DNA of 32,000 nucleotides from an uncultured Chloroflexia bacterium (GTDB lineage Bacteria; Chloroflexota; Anaerolineae; Anaerolineales; Anaerolineaceae): NCBI GenBank assembly GCA_963704755.1, contig OY969938.1, positions 2,460,001 to 2,492,000 of the forward strand, read 5' to 3'. Shown piece by piece: positions 31,237 to 32,000 of this stretch (position 1 is its first letter; each line of letters starts with the position of its first letter). The notes under the pieces were generated by a model. It saw only the letters and a program-made list of their open reading frames with translations, ran no database searches and was not told where the DNA came from. The position numbers and the translations under genes were made by a program.

Positions 31237-32000
31237 ATGAACGGCTTGCTCGATTTGTACAACAGCCGGGAGGTCACCGGTACCCTACCTGCGGAGGAGC
31301 GCGATGCGGTGATCAACGAGGTCATCGACCTGGCCAACCACGAGTTTTCCCCGGCCACCTTGCAATCGCCGGCCGCGGGAGAGCGCCGCGAGATCGGCGA
31401 GCGGGTGCTGGTCCTGGTCGGGCAGGCGCTGCGTCGCAGGGATGCCCGCCCGGGTGTGGCGTACGAGACCGCCCTGGCGGAGGAACTCACCCGCCGGCTG
31501 ATCGGCCTGGGCTTCCTCGACCTGCTGCTGCCCCCGGCCCGGACCGACCTGTCCGAGATCTGCGTCTATTCCAGCGGCCTGCTACAGGTGATGCCCAAGA
31601 GCAGCGTGCGCTGGGAGACCATTGATTTGAGCCCCGAGCCGGCCGAAATCTGGCGGGTGCTCGACCGGCTGCTGGGCCCGCAGAACAAGACCTTGAATGA
31701 GGCCAACCCGAGTATCAACGCCAAGCTGCCGGCCACGGTCGATAACCCCGGCGGCGGGCGCATCAAGGCCCTGCACCCGGTGATCGCGCCGCCCGGCCGC
31801 AACCCCAGCATCAACATCCGCCTGTTCGAGCAGAAGCCGGTCCTGCCGGAATGGATCCTGGAGAAGGGCGTCATGAACGCCGCGATGATGGCCACCCTGG
31901 AAACGGCCATGCAGTCCGGCTGCCGCATCTTGATCACCGGCGGGACGCGCACCGGCAAGACCACCCTGCTCTCGGCCCTGTGTAACTTCCTGCCCCGGGG
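31237..32000 (+). CDS. cpaF: Second, divergent CpaF/TadA-type ATPase, 3' end outside window
   Basis: The ATG lies 2 nt after the tadZ stop and the frame is open to the window end. It is not in the ORF track because no stop is reached. The translation is MNGLLDLYNSREVTG...LIGLGFLDLLLPPARTDLSEICVYSSG...SINIRLFEQKP...ILITGGTRTGKTTLLSALCNFLP (Walker A). It is clearly different from the cpaF at 2-1090. Confidence 0.85.
   Translation, partial: MNGLLDLYNSREVTGTLPAEERDAVINEVIDLANHEFSPATLQSPAAGERREIGERVLVLVGQALRRRDARPGVAYETALAEELTRRLIGLGFLDLLLPPARTDLSEICVYSSGLLQVMPKSSVRWETIDLSPEPAEIWRVLDRLLGPQNKTLNEANPSINAKLPATVDNPGGGRIKALHPVIAPPGRNPSINIRLFEQKPVLPEWILEKGVMNAAMMATLETAMQSGCRILITGGTRTGKTTLLSALCNFLPR

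Overview
All coordinates and motifs come from hand translation of the sequence; no database search was possible. The window has three blocks.

**Block 1 (1-6.9 kb, + strand, high GC).** This is the distal part of a Tad/Flp pilus operon. It encodes the C-terminal part of a CpaF/TadA ATPase, TadB, TadC, two small Flp-type pilins, a TadE-like and a TadG-like pseudopilin, a 631-aa secreted protein with three tandem Cys-pair domains, and a TadV/CpaA-type prepilin peptidase. Several genes are linked by overlapping stop/start codons.

**Block 2 (about 6.9-22.5 kb, mostly - strand, visibly AT-richer).** This is an accessory polymorphic-toxin island.
- A composite gene of about 9.7 kb runs signal peptide, TP-rich linker, SpvB/TcB-like region, YD/Rhs cocoon, C-terminal toxin. 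As written it is broken into three ORFs by two +1 frame changes and one in-frame TAA.
- Its immunity gene follows directly.
- Further down are an orphan 5'-truncated Rhs C-terminal toxin with its own immunity gene (sharing a 393-bp repeat with the main gene), a decayed immunity paralog and a double-CxxCG protein.
- A high-GC mosaic of tyrosine-recombinase and IS3-transposase remnants is embedded in the island.

**Block 3 (22.45-32.0 kb, + strand, high GC).** This is a second operon with a near-consensus promoter (TTGACA-N17-TATTAT) that has a palindrome in its spacer.
- It opens with five uncharacterised genes: a bitopic membrane protein, a secreted 441-aa protein, a polytopic membrane protein, a 65-aa TM protein, and a 1145-aa HerA/FtsK/VirB4-class P-loop ATPase carrying a T-x-G-x-[AS]-x hexapeptide-repeat insert.
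- These run straight into cpaB, tadZ/cpaE (apparent frameshift) and a second, divergent cpaF that is cut by the window edge.

I rate this five-gene module welded to Tad genes as the best candidate for an undescribed system. The modular Rhs island is the second most interesting region. No rRNA, tRNA or CRISPR array was seen. The taxon cannot be determined. The absence of any secretin gene in the visible parts is compatible with a monoderm high-GC lineage, but that is inference only.
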